Below are positions 9,033 through 18,685 of a stretch of DNA of 64,000 nt, one piece after another. Numbering within the stretch: position 1 is the first letter of the stretch; every line of letters begins with the position of its first letter. The translations under genes were made by a program, and so were the position numbers. The stretch comes from Escherichia phage KEP3. The stretch lies in the sequence record PP047753. One strand, written 5' to 3'. The notes beneath the pieces are model-generated. The model was given only the letters and a program-made list of their open reading frames with translations, did not search any database and had not been told where the DNA came from.

Positions 9033-11732
9033 ATGGAAAACGTAGATTTTAAAAACTTACATTTAGTTGGTGATACAGAAACTGATGGTTTACTCCTTGA
9101 GTTCACTAAAGTGCACGTAATGGCTTTCGCAGACTATAAATCTGACGATGAAGAGCCACCTGTATGGGTCTTTACAGATGAGCCTATCCTCGGTCACAAA
9201 TACACCAAGTACATCAAGGGTGGTTTGCGTGAAGGTATTGAGTTTGCGTTAAAGGCAAAACGACTTTGCATCCATAATGGTCTGGGTTATGACTGGTGGG
9301 TTTTCAATCACATTGCACCTGATTTATGGAACTTTGATAATCCAAAGTGTAAGCCGTGGAGTAATTTCTTTCAGGATTCTCTTATCCAGTCTCGTGTTCA
9401 GTGGATGGATAGACCAACTCCAAAAGGCTATAAAGGTGCTCATGGCTTGGCTGCATGGGGTGCTCGTGTTGGTGTCCGTAAACCAGAGATTGAACATTGG
9501 GGTGTGTGGAATGCAGAAATCTTCACTCGTGTTGTGGAAGATATCCGTATTAACGCCAAAACTAAACGCGCACTGGATAATGAGTATCTCAAGCTAAAGA
9601 AGTGTGGCATAGACACTTATGAAACCTATATGCGAGCTAAAGAAACATCTTTCTGGATGAGTCAACAAGCTATCAATGGTTGGAAAGCTGATAAAGAACT
9701 TATGGAGTTCCATGTAAAGGAACTTGACAAGTTGACTAATGAGCTTGCTTCAGAAGTTGAACCACATCTTCCTCCAACTATTAAGACCAAAGGTAAAGTT
9801 ACTGGGGAAGAGTTTGCAAAAGCTTGGAATGAGTATGTTGAAACATTCGGTCATGCAGATGGACTGAAGAGAATTACCAAGTACCCTAAGACAAAGTATC
9901 GTCAGCAGGTACGTAACGGTGAGATGCAGACATATGAAATCAAGCCATTTGGTAAGCCAACTACAAAGATTTTTAACATTGAAAAGAGAAATTGCTATAC
10001 ACCAACCAACTCTGTAACTGGTGAAGAGTACAAGGAAGGTTTTGTAGCAATGAAGGATGCTCGTGCAATTTGCAACGAGTTGAATGCAAAGATTGGTAAG
10101 AAATGCAAAGACTGGAAGCCAGTAAAAACAGTTAAGACTGTGAAGTACTATAACAGTCATGTTGTTAACCACTTTGAACTTGAGTCAAGTCGCTACACAG
10201 GATTGATTGATGCACCATATACACCAATTGAGTTTGAAGTTTCTCGTATGACTCAGGTAGCAGTTGTTAAAGACTACTTGAAATCAGTTGGTTGGATTCC
10301 AGATGACTGGAACTACAAGAAAGATTCAGACGGTCGCCCTGTCAAAGTTTGTCGTTTCAAAGACAACAAAAAGATGATTACAAAGCATCCTAAGTGGCAG
10401 GAGATGGTTGAACGGTGTGGGTTGAGTTATGTTGAACACGAAGGTGTCCAGTACATCGAACATAACTGGTCTGTGAAGAAGTACACGGATTTGCTTGAAC
10501 CTTGCTTAATCCGTACTTCACCAAAACTTACTGAATCTTCTTATGATACGATTGAAGGTGAGCTTGGACAGAAGATTGCTAAATACTATACTTTGATGCA
10601 CCGACGCAGAACCATTGAGAACTCAAAGGATGATGAAAAAGGTTGGCTAAACCAGATTCGTCCAGATGGTCGCCTTAGTGCTGGTGCAATGGTATTTGGT
10701 ACTTCAACTGGACGTATGACACAATATGGTATTGTAAACGTACCGTCTGGTGCTGCTGTCTATGGGGAACCAATGAGGGCAGTATGGATTTGTGAAGAAG
10801 GTACTAACGTTGTCTCTGTAGACATGAACTCAGCCCAGCTAGTTCTTCTTTGTAACTTTATGGGTGACAAAGACTTCACCAAAGCGGTAACGCAAGGTAA
10901 AGAAGAGATTGAGTTTATTCGTCAAGAAGATGGACGCTATTACTGCAAACACTTTGATGAGTACCTCAACCCAGAGATTGATAAGTACCTCCGCTATGAC
11001 TCTGAGAATGACCTGTACGTTGTCTATTCAGGGACTGATGCACACACACTGAACAGTATTTACTTTAGCTTGAATGATGAGCAGGATATCTTGACTTGTC
11101 GAGCCACTCAGGATGAGAATCTTCTCCATGAGATTAGTAAGGGTCGTAAAAAAGCTAAGAATGGTATCTATGCACTGCTGTTCGGTGCAGGTGATGAGAA
11201 GTTTGCTAAGACAATTAAAGCTGCAACTACTCAGGAAGGTGCACTGACCAAACAGACTTACTTTATTCGTTTGCCTAAAATTAAGAAGCTGCTGGATGAC
11301 TTGGAAGCTGACTACAAAGCGACTAAAAAGGCACTTGAAGAGGTGTTTGGTAAGACCGCTGCAATCTCTAAAGGGGGATTTGTAAAGGTTGCTGGAGCTT
11401 GGTTGTGGTGTAAATCTCCACACAAACTGTTGAACTATCTTTTGATGGGTTCAGAGGCTCAGATTCAAAATGAGGCAATCAACCTTGCTTGTCGTCGTAT
11501 GATTGACGAAGGTTTGATGAAGTTAAATGGTCGTCAACCAGCTATTGGTGCTCGTTTACTCTGTGCATATCACGATGAAACAAGCTGGGAATGTCCAGAA
11601 AGTATGACGGCAGAAGTGAAAGCAGTTACTGACTGGTATTATGGACAAGCTTCTAAGAACTTAGGTCTTAAGAAAGAAACACTTGTAACAGGTACTGGTA
11701 AGGTTGGTAAAAGCTGGCTTGAAGTACACTAA
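9033..11732 (+). CDS. DNA polymerase, family A, with 3'-5' exonuclease domain
   Basis: Exo motif LVGDTETDG; pol motifs SVDMNSAQL, KNGIYALLFGAG, YHDE; start moved to ATG 9033 with GAGGGAG RBS. Confidence 0.85.
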   Translation: MENVDFKNLHLVGDTETDGLLLEFTKVHVMAFADYKSDDEEPPVWVFTDEPILGHKYTKYIKGGLREGIEFALKAKRLCIHNGLGYDWWVFNHIAPDLWNFDNPKCKPWSNFFQDSLIQSRVQWMDRPTPKGYKGAHGLAAWGARVGVRKPEIEHWGVWNAEIFTRVVEDIRINAKTKRALDNEYLKLKKCGIDTYETYMRAKETSFWMSQQAINGWKADKELMEFHVKELDKLTNELASEVEPHLPPTIKTKGKVTGEEFAKAWNEYVETFGHADGLKRITKYPKTKYRQQVRNGEMQTYEIKPFGKPTTKIFNIEKRNCYTPTNSVTGEEYKEGFVAMKDARAICNELNAKIGKKCKDWKPVKTVKTVKYYNSHVVNHFELESSRYTGLIDAPYTPIEFEVSRMTQVAVVKDYLKSVGWIPDDWNYKKDSDGRPVKVCRFKDNKKMITKHPKWQEMVERCGLSYVEHEGVQYIEHNWSVKKYTDLLEPCLIRTSPKLTESSYDTIEGELGQKIAKYYTLMHRRRTIENSKDDEKGWLNQIRPDGRLSAGAMVFGTSTGRMTQYGIVNVPSGAAVYGEPMRAVWICEEGTNVVSVDMNSAQLVLLCNFMGDKDFTKAVTQGKEEIEFIRQEDGRYYCKHFDEYLNPEIDKYLRYDSENDLYVVYSGTDAHTLNSIYFSLNDEQDILTCRATQDENLLHEISKGRKKAKNGIYALLFGAGDEKFAKTIKAATTQEGALTKQTYFIRLPKIKKLLDDLEADYKATKKALEEVFGKTAAISKGGFVKVAGAWLWCKSPHKLLNYLLMGSEAQIQNEAINLACRRMIDEGLMKLNGRQPAIGARLLCAYHDETSWECPESMTAEVKAVTDWYYGQASKNLGLKKETLVTGTGKVGKSWLEVH

Positions 11733-11738
11733 TTAGTA

Positions 11739-11773
11739 TTGACAAGGTACTCATGGAAGAGTACCTTATACAA
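11739..11773 (+). promoter_or_regulatory. TTGACA box followed by perfect 7-bp inverted repeat (GGTACTC/GAGTACC) and TATACA
   Basis: Seen directly; could be promoter/operator or terminator for polymerase gene. Confidence 0.3.
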
Positions 11774-11793
11774 TATCTTATATAGGAGGGCTT

Positions 11794-12003
11794 ATGAGCC
11801 ACCGTGGAAGAACCCATGCAGCAATGATGAAAGGTGCTTCAAAGGAAACTATCAAGAATCGTAAGCAGAAGTTGTTTGAGAGAATAAACAGGTTGATTGA
11901 CAATTCATCTCTTTCAGGTTCTGAGAAGGTTTTCTTGAAAGGTAATCTGAAAAGCATTGCACAAGAACTTGTAGATATTGAATATTGGAGACATCAAAAA
12001 TGA
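11794..12003 (+). CDS. hypothetical protein
   Basis: ORF track; TAGGAGGG RBS. Confidence 0.5.
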   Translation: MSHRGRTHAAMMKGASKETIKNRKQKLFERINRLIDNSSLSGSEKVFLKGNLKSIAQELVDIEYWRHQK

Positions 12004-12218
12004 CACTTGCAGACGTTATTCAGCAACTTCATGATAACTGCTACACTCCAGAGTTAATTCAGGAGATGTCCATTGTAGTCATGCCTAGCAAGTTCGTAAA
12101 AACCTTTAACAACGACGCTTTAAGGTCTACACACATCCTTATCGTTGACGGTAAGATTGCAAAAGACCGTACTGGAGTACTTAAAGGTGAACGTATTGAT
12201 ATTCTGGAGTTGCTATGA
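12000..12218 (+). CDS. hypothetical protein
   Basis: ATG at 12000 with GGAGA RBS and ATGA overlap. Confidence 0.45.
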   Translation: MTLADVIQQLHDNCYTPELIQEMSIVVMPSKFVKTFNNDALRSTHILIVDGKIAKDRTGVLKGERIDILELL

Positions 12219-12360
12219 AGAAAATGTACAGTCTCTGGGGAAGGGTTGGTAAAGGTTTTGACTGGACGCTTCTTCGTTCAAACGTTAAACGTAGTGAATT
12301 ACCAGAACTCATCACTCACTATTTAAAAACATACAGAGAGGTAGACTATCGTGAACAATA
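12215..12360 (+). CDS. small protein (48 aa)
   Basis: ATGA overlap with upstream stop, GGAG RBS; below ORF-track cutoff. Confidence 0.3.
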
Positions 12361-12608
12361 AGGTTAAGAGTTGTGTGAAAGTAATGGTTGCACTTGGAGT
12401 AATTTTTCTATCTGGCTGCAACCCCTCTTATGAAGATAAAAATGCTTCCTACAGCCTCCCACCAGAGATGCAAGATTGCACAGTCTATGAGTTATATGGT
12501 GATACTGTAAGCAGAGATATTGTTGTTGTCAGATGTCCAAACTCTCAAACAACAACATCTTATATCTATGGCAAAAATGGTCAATCACATACCACGGTTA
12601 TTGAGTGA
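12351..12608 (+). CDS. putative lipoprotein
   Basis: Hydrophobic signal sequence ending in lipobox LSGC. Confidence 0.5.
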   Translation: MNNKVKSCVKVMVALGVIFLSGCNPSYEDKNASYSLPPEMQDCTVYELYGDTVSRDIVVVRCPNSQTTTSYIYGKNGQSHTTVIE

Positions 12609-12618
12609 GGTTTTTACG

Positions 12619-12825
12619 ATGGAAGTATTAGTAAACTATATCTATCGTTATGATGTTGTTCACTCCACTACAACTGTAGCTCAACGCAATCCAATAGTCC
12701 CACGAGAAGGTGAGCTTGTTCGCATTGAGGGTTGGACTTACACTGTGGAAAGCATCATCCATAAGTTTGATGTTGCTGGCGATGTTCAAGTTATTGACGT
12801 AGAAATTGGTGGTAAGAGAAAATGA
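12619..12825 (+). CDS. hypothetical protein
   Basis: ATG 12619 with GAGG RBS; ORF-track upstream start overlaps previous gene. Confidence 0.4.
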   Translation: MEVLVNYIYRYDVVHSTTTVAQRNPIVPREGELVRIEGWTYTVESIIHKFDVAGDVQVIDVEIGGKRK

Positions 12826-13040
12826 CTGTAGAAGATAAATTTAAGAACGCAGTTCTTACAGAAGAGGGTGAGCTTGAAACATTCATTCTTCGTGTTGATG
12901 GTAAGCTATTCCGGTGTCGTTGTGGGTCAAACTGTTTCCATAAACCAGATAAAAATGACTTAGAGCTTTACGCATGTAATGCTTGTTACACTTGGTATCA
13001 CTCAGAGGTTAAAAATGACAATTCTGTACAAACAAAATAA
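12822..13040 (+). CDS. small Cys-rich zinc-ribbon protein
   Basis: CRCGSNC...CNAC cysteine pairs. Confidence 0.45.
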   Translation: MTVEDKFKNAVLTEEGELETFILRVDGKLFRCRCGSNCFHKPDKNDLELYACNACYTWYHSEVKNDNSVQTK

Positions 13041-14115
13041 AGACGGCTCTTTTAACGTCTGGTCATGCGTTGCTGTAGGTGACAAAGTTATTACAACCTA
13101 CGGTAAAGAAAATGGCAAGATGATGTTTGAAGAGTATACAGCAGAACCTAAAAACATCGGTAAAAAGAATGAGCGTAACGCTGAACAGCAAGCTCTTTTT
13201 GAAGTTGCTGCAAAGTATAAAAAGCAGGTTGACCGCAAAGGTTATGCTTACACAAAAGAGTCTGCACAGAATACTGAAAAGGTGGGTGTACAGCTTGCTC
13301 ATGATGCTGCAAAGGTTAGCCATGCAAAGTATTTGATATTCCCTGCTGATGCTCAACCAAAACTTGATGGTGTTCGTTGTAGAATTTCAAGAGATGCTGA
13401 TTTAGTTAGCTTCACGGCTTATTCTCGTGAGAATACTGTTTACAACGTCCCAGAAGAACTAATCCCAGATTTGCTTTTGTTGCTTAAATTGCATCCACAA
13501 GTCGAAGACTTTGATGGTGAGATTTATGCTCATGGTTGGGACTTAGAAGATATTGTGTCTATGATTAAGAATGCTGACAATCCAGACCGACATCTACTCC
13601 AGTTCTACTGGTACGATATCTGTGACAGCACTAAGACGTGGCCTGAGCGTAGAGATATTATTGAGACTTCACCATTGAATGACTTTAGAGACGGCTGTAA
13701 AGTTGTTCCTGTTAAGTCTCGTCGTGTAAATTCTTGGGAAGAGTTTGATGAAGCTCATGATAAGTGGGTTGAAGCTAAGTTTGAAGGTGCAATGTACCGT
13801 TCAATCTCTGAAGACTCCTTCTATGAGTGTTGTCACCGTTCATACTTCTTGATTAAGCACAAGAAGATGCACACTGAAGAGTTTAAAGTGACTGGTGTAA
13901 AGACTGATAAGCGTGGTCATGGCAAGTTCGTTGTAGAGACTCTTCCTAACGTCTTTGTAGATGTCTCATGGAAGACTACTCATGAGAAGAAACAGTATCT
14001 TGCTGAACATCCTGAAGAGTTTATCGGCAAACCTTTGACGGTTCAGTTCCAGAAGATGACTCGTAAAGGTTCTTTACAGTTCCCTGTTGGGTTAGTTATT
14101 CGAGACTACGAATAA
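13015..14115 (+). CDS. ATP-dependent DNA ligase
   Basis: Adenylation motif KLDGVR; size ~366 aa like T7-type ligases; start set to ATG 13015. Confidence 0.7.
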   Translation: MTILYKQNKDGSFNVWSCVAVGDKVITTYGKENGKMMFEEYTAEPKNIGKKNERNAEQQALFEVAAKYKKQVDRKGYAYTKESAQNTEKVGVQLAHDAAKVSHAKYLIFPADAQPKLDGVRCRISRDADLVSFTAYSRENTVYNVPEELIPDLLLLLKLHPQVEDFDGEIYAHGWDLEDIVSMIKNADNPDRHLLQFYWYDICDSTKTWPERRDIIETSPLNDFRDGCKVVPVKSRRVNSWEEFDEAHDKWVEAKFEGAMYRSISEDSFYECCHRSYFLIKHKKMHTEEFKVTGVKTDKRGHGKFVVETLPNVFVDVSWKTTHEKKQYLAEHPEEFIGKPLTVQFQKMTRKGSLQFPVGLVIRDYE

Positions 14116-14122
14116 AAAGCTG

Positions 14123-14150
14123 TTGACATAGAAAATTTGGTGAGTATACT
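14123..14150 (+). promoter_or_regulatory. sigma70-like promoter TTGACA-16nt-TATACT
   Basis: Seen directly; 8-bp inverted repeat GGTGAGTA/TACTCACC (14139-14178) overlaps -10. Confidence 0.5.
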
Positions 14151-14305
14151 GAGCAGCATAAACCAACGGGTACTCACCAGCATCACTTAAGAGTCTTTTA
14201 AAAGGGTTTTTAAGTGATGTCCGGTCGGGTGAGGTAGGGTTAAGTATTGTCCGGTACGGTCGGGTAAAGTACGGTACGGTAAGGCAAAGTAGGGTATGGG
14301 TAGTT

Positions 14306-14331
14306 AGTCTCAGCTACATTAAAATGAGACT
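14306..14331 (+). other. hairpin H1 (stem AGTCTC/GAGACT, loop AGCTACATTAAAAT)
   Basis: Inverted repeat; followed by TTTTT. Confidence 0.6.
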
Positions 14332-14448
14332 TACCTTTTTAAAAGGTCTTTAAAGAGGGTCTTTTAATGAGGTGGGGTCTGGTTTGGTATGGTAATGTGA
14401 GGTATGGGTCAGGTGGGGTGAGGTGTAGTTAGGTCTGGTATGGGTGGA

Positions 14449-14476
14449 TGGTAGTAGCCACGTTAAAAATCTACCA
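14449..14476 (+). other. hairpin H2 (stem TGGTAG/CTACCA, loop TAGCCACGTTAAAAAT)
   Basis: Inverted repeat with loop related to H1. Confidence 0.55.
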
Positions 14477-14533
14477 AGTTTCTAAAGAGTCTTCTGTTGA
14501 GGGTTCTTTACAAACAACTTAACAATAAACTAA

Positions 14534-15139
<606 letters not shown>

Positions 15140-15141
15140 TT

Positions 15142-15582
15142 ATGAATACAAAAGCATTAGCAGCAAAGTTTAGTTACGGTGACACTGTATCACACTCTGA
15201 GATGGATACCTTCTTAGGTATTGTGAAGCCAACTTATCAAGGTGACATTGTTAAGTACGAAGATGAAATGAAGGCTTATGCACTTACACGCCTAAACCGA
15301 CTTGAGAAGTTTATTGAGAAGCTTCTTAAAGAAGAGAAGATTTATCTGGTTGCTTCAATGGGTGTTGGTTATCGTGTGGTTGAACCTAAGCATCAAGCAA
15401 CTATTGCAAAACGTAAAATGTCTGGTAAGATTGGTCGCGCTTTAAAGCAAGCCACTCAAGCGATTGAGAATGTGAACACTATGGCACTTAGCCATCAAGA
15501 ACGCTCACGACTGATTGAACAGCAAAACCATTTAGCTGCTATGAAAGCTAACATTAACAAGCAACGTAGAAAACCTTTCTAA
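15142..15582 (+). CDS. hypothetical protein
   Basis: ORF track. Confidence 0.5.
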   Translation: MNTKALAAKFSYGDTVSHSEMDTFLGIVKPTYQGDIVKYEDEMKAYALTRLNRLEKFIEKLLKEEKIYLVASMGVGYRVVEPKHQATIAKRKMSGKIGRALKQATQAIENVNTMALSHQERSRLIEQQNHLAAMKANINKQRRKPF

Positions 15583-15593
15583 GTTGACTAGGT

Positions 15594-15616
15594 AGCCTCT
15601 TCGGAGGCTCCTTTTT
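15594..15616 (+). terminator. rho-independent terminator (AGCCTC-TTCG-GAGGCT + T5)
   Basis: GC stem, tetraloop, T-run. Confidence 0.6.
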
Positions 15617-15717
15617 AAAAGGTCTTTAAGAGGGTCTTTTAATGAGGTTTGGTATGGTCAGGTATGGTGTGGTGTTGTAAGGTTTGGTGCGGTCAGGTTA
15701 GGCTTGGTATGGGTAGT

Positions 15718-15745
15718 TAATCGGAGCTACATAAAAATCCGATTA
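15718..15745 (+). other. hairpin H3 (stem TAATCGGA/TCCGATTA, loop GCTACATAAAAA)
   Basis: Inverted repeat; loop conserved, stem differs from H1. Confidence 0.6.
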
Positions 15746-15855
15746 CATCACTTAAGAGTCTTCTAAGAGGGTTTTTAAGTGGTGTTTGGTAGGATAGAGT
15801 AAGGTAAGTTAAGGTAGGGTGAGGTCTGGTATGGTAAGGTAATGTATGGGTAGTT

Positions 15856-15881
15856 AGTCTCAGCTACATTAAAATGAGACT
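15856..15881 (+). other. hairpin H4 (identical to H1)
   Basis: Exact repeat of 14306-14331. Confidence 0.6.
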
Positions 15882-15982
15882 TACCTTTTTAAAAGGTCTT
15901 TTAAGAGGGTCTTTTAACAAGGTATTGTATGGTGTAGTTTGGTTAGGTATGGTTAGGTGTGGTAAGGTAAGGTATGGAAGGA

Positions 15983-16010
15983 TGGCAGTAGCCTTATAAA
16001 AAATCTGCCA
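15983..16010 (+). other. hairpin H5 (stem TGGCAG/CTGCCA, loop TAGCCTTATAAAAAAT)
   Basis: Inverted repeat with related loop. Confidence 0.55.
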
Positions 16011-16012
16011 AA

Positions 16013-16057
16013 TAAGCTATAAAATCTGTTGACAAGTCAGGTGTTATAGCTTATTTT
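16013..16057 (+). promoter_or_regulatory. promoter candidate (TTGACA 16029-16034, TATTTT -10) flanked by inverted repeat AAGCTATAA/TTATAGCTT
   Basis: Seen directly; spacer 17. Confidence 0.4.
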
Positions 16058-16101
16058 TATACTCAATGTAATACAAAATTTAATATAACTTTGAGGTCAT
16101 T

Positions 16102-16485
16102 ATGAAAAAGATTTTATTAGCTGCTGCAATGGTTATGGCAATGAATTTACCAGTCAATGCAACAGAACTCCCAAATGTGGACTTATCAGGTGTTTCAGAA
16201 GACACTTGCCAGATTGTTAAAGGTGTTGCGCTATCTAAAGGTGAGTTACTTAAACCAATCTCTGAAGAGTCTTTGACAGAGATGACTGATAAGGTGACTG
16301 ACTACCAGTATCGTGTTCTTGCAGAGTATTTCCTGCAATCTGCAAACATTAAAGAGAAACACCATGACGATATTGATGTACAGGCGATGCTCAATCATCG
16401 CATCCAGTTTAAAGAAGATTTGATGCAAAAAGCTATGTATGGTGTTGAGTATTTCTTAGAAAACAGAAGCTGCACAGGTATTTGA
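16102..16485 (+). CDS. secreted/periplasmic protein (signal peptide)
   Basis: N-terminal MKKILLAAAMVMAMNLPVNA; GAGGT RBS. Confidence 0.5.
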   Translation: MKKILLAAAMVMAMNLPVNATELPNVDLSGVSEDTCQIVKGVALSKGELLKPISEESLTEMTDKVTDYQYRVLAEYFLQSANIKEKHHDDIDVQAMLNHRIQFKEDLMQKAMYGVEYFLENRSCTGI

Positions 16486-16486
16486 T

Positions 16487-16699
16487 ATGGCTCTTAAAAA
16501 GTTACATCCCAGAAGCGGTTATGGTAAGATAATTGACGATACAGACGGCTTTACAGTCTTTACAGTTATCTGTCAAGATGATTCACAGATTGAAAAGGCT
16601 CTTGATGATTATCTTAACGATGAACGTGAAAAGGTTAGAGCTACAAACATAGACTCATTGATTGACACTTCACGCAAACGGAAGAAGAAAGATGAATGA
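16487..16699 (+). CDS. hypothetical protein
   Basis: ORF track. Confidence 0.4.
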   Translation: MALKKLHPRSGYGKIIDDTDGFTVFTVICQDDSQIEKALDDYLNDEREKVRATNIDSLIDTSRKRKKKDE

Positions 16700-16991
16700 G
16701 GTTTTTGACCCTTATGCTCCACAAGATGATTGGGAGGCTGATAGAGAGGCTGAAATGGAGAGTTATATTTGCCCAATGGATGTAGACGAAATGAGAGACT
16801 TCGTTGCACATCGTTTTAAGAGAGAGATTAAATCCAGAGGTCTTTCTCAAGAGCAAGTTGCTAAAATTTGTGGTATCTCTCAGGCTCGTGTATCCAACAT
16901 AATCCACCTCACTGGGAATGTTTCCCTTGAGTATATGTTGGAAGTATGTGAAAAATTTGGTGTTAATTTCAATTTAAGGTTGGCAGATTAA
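16692..16991 (+). CDS. helix-turn-helix DNA-binding protein
   Basis: VAKICGISQARVSNIIHLTGN resembles XRE/Cro-type HTH; start set to ATG 16692. Confidence 0.5.
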   Translation: MNEVFDPYAPQDDWEADREAEMESYICPMDVDEMRDFVAHRFKREIKSRGLSQEQVAKICGISQARVSNIIHLTGNVSLEYMLEVCEKFGVNFNLRLAD

Positions 16992-16992
16992 T

Positions 16993-17352
16993 ATGAAACG
17001 TGAAAACATTATCCACTCTGAAAACTTCGCACTAGGCTTTTATGGTGCACCTACTCACCTTGAAAAGTACTACGGTGTAAAAATTCTTTCCAATCTCATT
17101 ATGGCTTACAAAGATGGTAAGATTAAGCACACTGAGAAGAAACGTGTCATGGGCTACATGGCTGTAGGTTCAGCAATCTCGAACATTAAGCTGGAAACCA
17201 CTAGCAGTCAGATTGTAAAAGACCACTTCATCAAAGAGCTTTACCATAATCTTGACGGTGTAGATGTTCAGGCTGTTTGGTTGGATGTTGATGGTCACAA
17301 CTACACAAGTTTCGTTTTCAAAAACGACGACATTAAGTGTCTGTTCCCATAA
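16993..17352 (+). CDS. hypothetical protein
   Basis: ORF track. Confidence 0.45.
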   Translation: MKRENIIHSENFALGFYGAPTHLEKYYGVKILSNLIMAYKDGKIKHTEKKRVMGYMAVGSAISNIKLETTSSQIVKDHFIKELYHNLDGVDVQAVWLDVDGHNYTSFVFKNDDIKCLFP

Positions 17353-17359
17353 TAGGTGA

Positions 17360-17881
17360 TTGCTTATGATTGATATCTACTTACAAGATGCTCATGCAGA
17401 TTTCCTTAAAGAAATGCTTAAAAAGTTTATGGCTTCACAGTATGAGAATGAAGCATCTTTTAAAATAGTTACATGTGGCGATGAAGCTGGTTTTGTTGAG
17501 ATTGAACATGAAGGTACTGGAAAGACTGTTTGTAAGTTACCTGATAGTATGTTCTCTAGCTCATTCTTAACAAAGACTAGTATAAATGTTAAGCTTGTAC
17601 CTCATATTGAAACATACTCTGGTACAGATTACCCTAAAGGGTTCAAGTCACTGATGAAGTACTTCTTAGATGACTTTGTGAGTAATCTTCTGAGGGAGGT
17701 AAAAGAAAGTCGTACAGTGTTAACTGTAGAGAATATAGGAGGCACTATAAGGGTCACTTCTGACTGCTATGTAATGAGCCTCTTCGACTTTGTTCCTAAG
17801 AACTTTGATGGTATTCTGGATGAAGAGGATGACTGTGTAGACTTTATATTGGTTCTTGAGCCAGTTTTTGAGGTTAAATAA
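17360..17881 (+). CDS. hypothetical protein
   Basis: ORF track. Confidence 0.45.
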   Translation: MLMIDIYLQDAHADFLKEMLKKFMASQYENEASFKIVTCGDEAGFVEIEHEGTGKTVCKLPDSMFSSSFLTKTSINVKLVPHIETYSGTDYPKGFKSLMKYFLDDFVSNLLREVKESRTVLTVENIGGTIRVTSDCYVMSLFDFVPKNFDGILDEEDDCVDFILVLEPVFEVK

Positions 17882-18142
17882 ATGAAAATTGAACACTGCT
17901 ATGAGTCTGATGGAACACCTATCCGATGTCCACATTGTGGATGTACAGACTTGCAAGGTGAGGTAAGTGAAATAGTCAACGGTCATATCGCTGAAGAGAG
18001 TACAAGGTGTACAGGGTGTAATGAAATCATTGCTTTCTGGGCTTATGGTTCATACCAACCTGCACCACACTTAATCTACCATAGCAATAAAGCTGTGAAG
18101 AATGTTATCAACTGGTTCATTAAGAAAGGATTTACAAAATGA
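17882..18142 (+). CDS. small zinc-ribbon protein
   Basis: CPHCGC...CTGCNE cysteine pairs. Confidence 0.45.
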   Translation: MKIEHCYESDGTPIRCPHCGCTDLQGEVSEIVNGHIAEESTRCTGCNEIIAFWAYGSYQPAPHLIYHSNKAVKNVINWFIKKGFTK

Positions 18143-18684
18143 TTAAATTAATCTTTGCAAGTGGTGAAAACGGTGAATTTGGTACACCGACTGGTATGCC
18201 GTGGCCTCGACATAAACAGGACATGCAAGAGTTTAAGAGACTCACTAAAAATAACTTAGTAGTCATGGGTAATGAGACTTTTAAGACTCTGGGTAGTAAA
18301 CCTTTACCAGAACGTGCAAACCTCATCTTAACAAATTCTGTACCATACTTAGGCATAGACTTTGGCAAAGATGATGTAATGTATGCTAAAGCCAGTAAAG
18401 AGTCATTTGGAGCATTTTTGAAGTATCTTGATAGCTCTATTGATGAAGATGTCTTTGTAATTGGTGGTGCAGGTATCCTTGTCAATGCTTTACCGTATGC
18501 TAGTGTGGTGTTCCATACTGTTTTCCATAAAGTTACTGAAGAGGCCACTGTGCATTTACCTTTTGAAAACTTCTTTGAGAAGCTGTATGATAACCGTGTG
18601 TTTACAAAGGTACAGTCAAAACCATCAGAGGATGGTAAAGCAACTTTTGAAATTTATGTTCCACAAGTAAAAGGACACTTTTGA
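18139..18684 (+). CDS. frd: dihydrofolate reductase
   Basis: N-terminal IKLIFASGENGEFGTPTGMPWP...VVMGNETF matches DHFR signature. Confidence 0.85.
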   Translation: MIKLIFASGENGEFGTPTGMPWPRHKQDMQEFKRLTKNNLVVMGNETFKTLGSKPLPERANLILTNSVPYLGIDFGKDDVMYAKASKESFGAFLKYLDSSIDEDVFVIGGAGILVNALPYASVVFHTVFHKVTEEATVHLPFENFFEKLYDNRVFTKVQSKPSEDGKATFEIYVPQVKGHF

Positions 18685-18685
18685 T

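Larger units (their letters stand above)
14181..14500 (+). repeat. intergenic repeat region A: two modules of GGTCTT box + (GGTNN)n tract + conserved-loop hairpin
   Basis: Pentanucleotide GGTNN periodicity over about 80 nt twice; boxes at 14191-14209, 14336-14370, 14487-14512. Confidence 0.8.
15616..16010 (+). repeat. intergenic repeat region B: three modules of GGTCTT box + (GGTNN)n tract + conserved-loop hairpin
   Basis: Same architecture as region A; boxes at 15616-15648, 15756-15774, 15886-15922. Confidence 0.8.
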
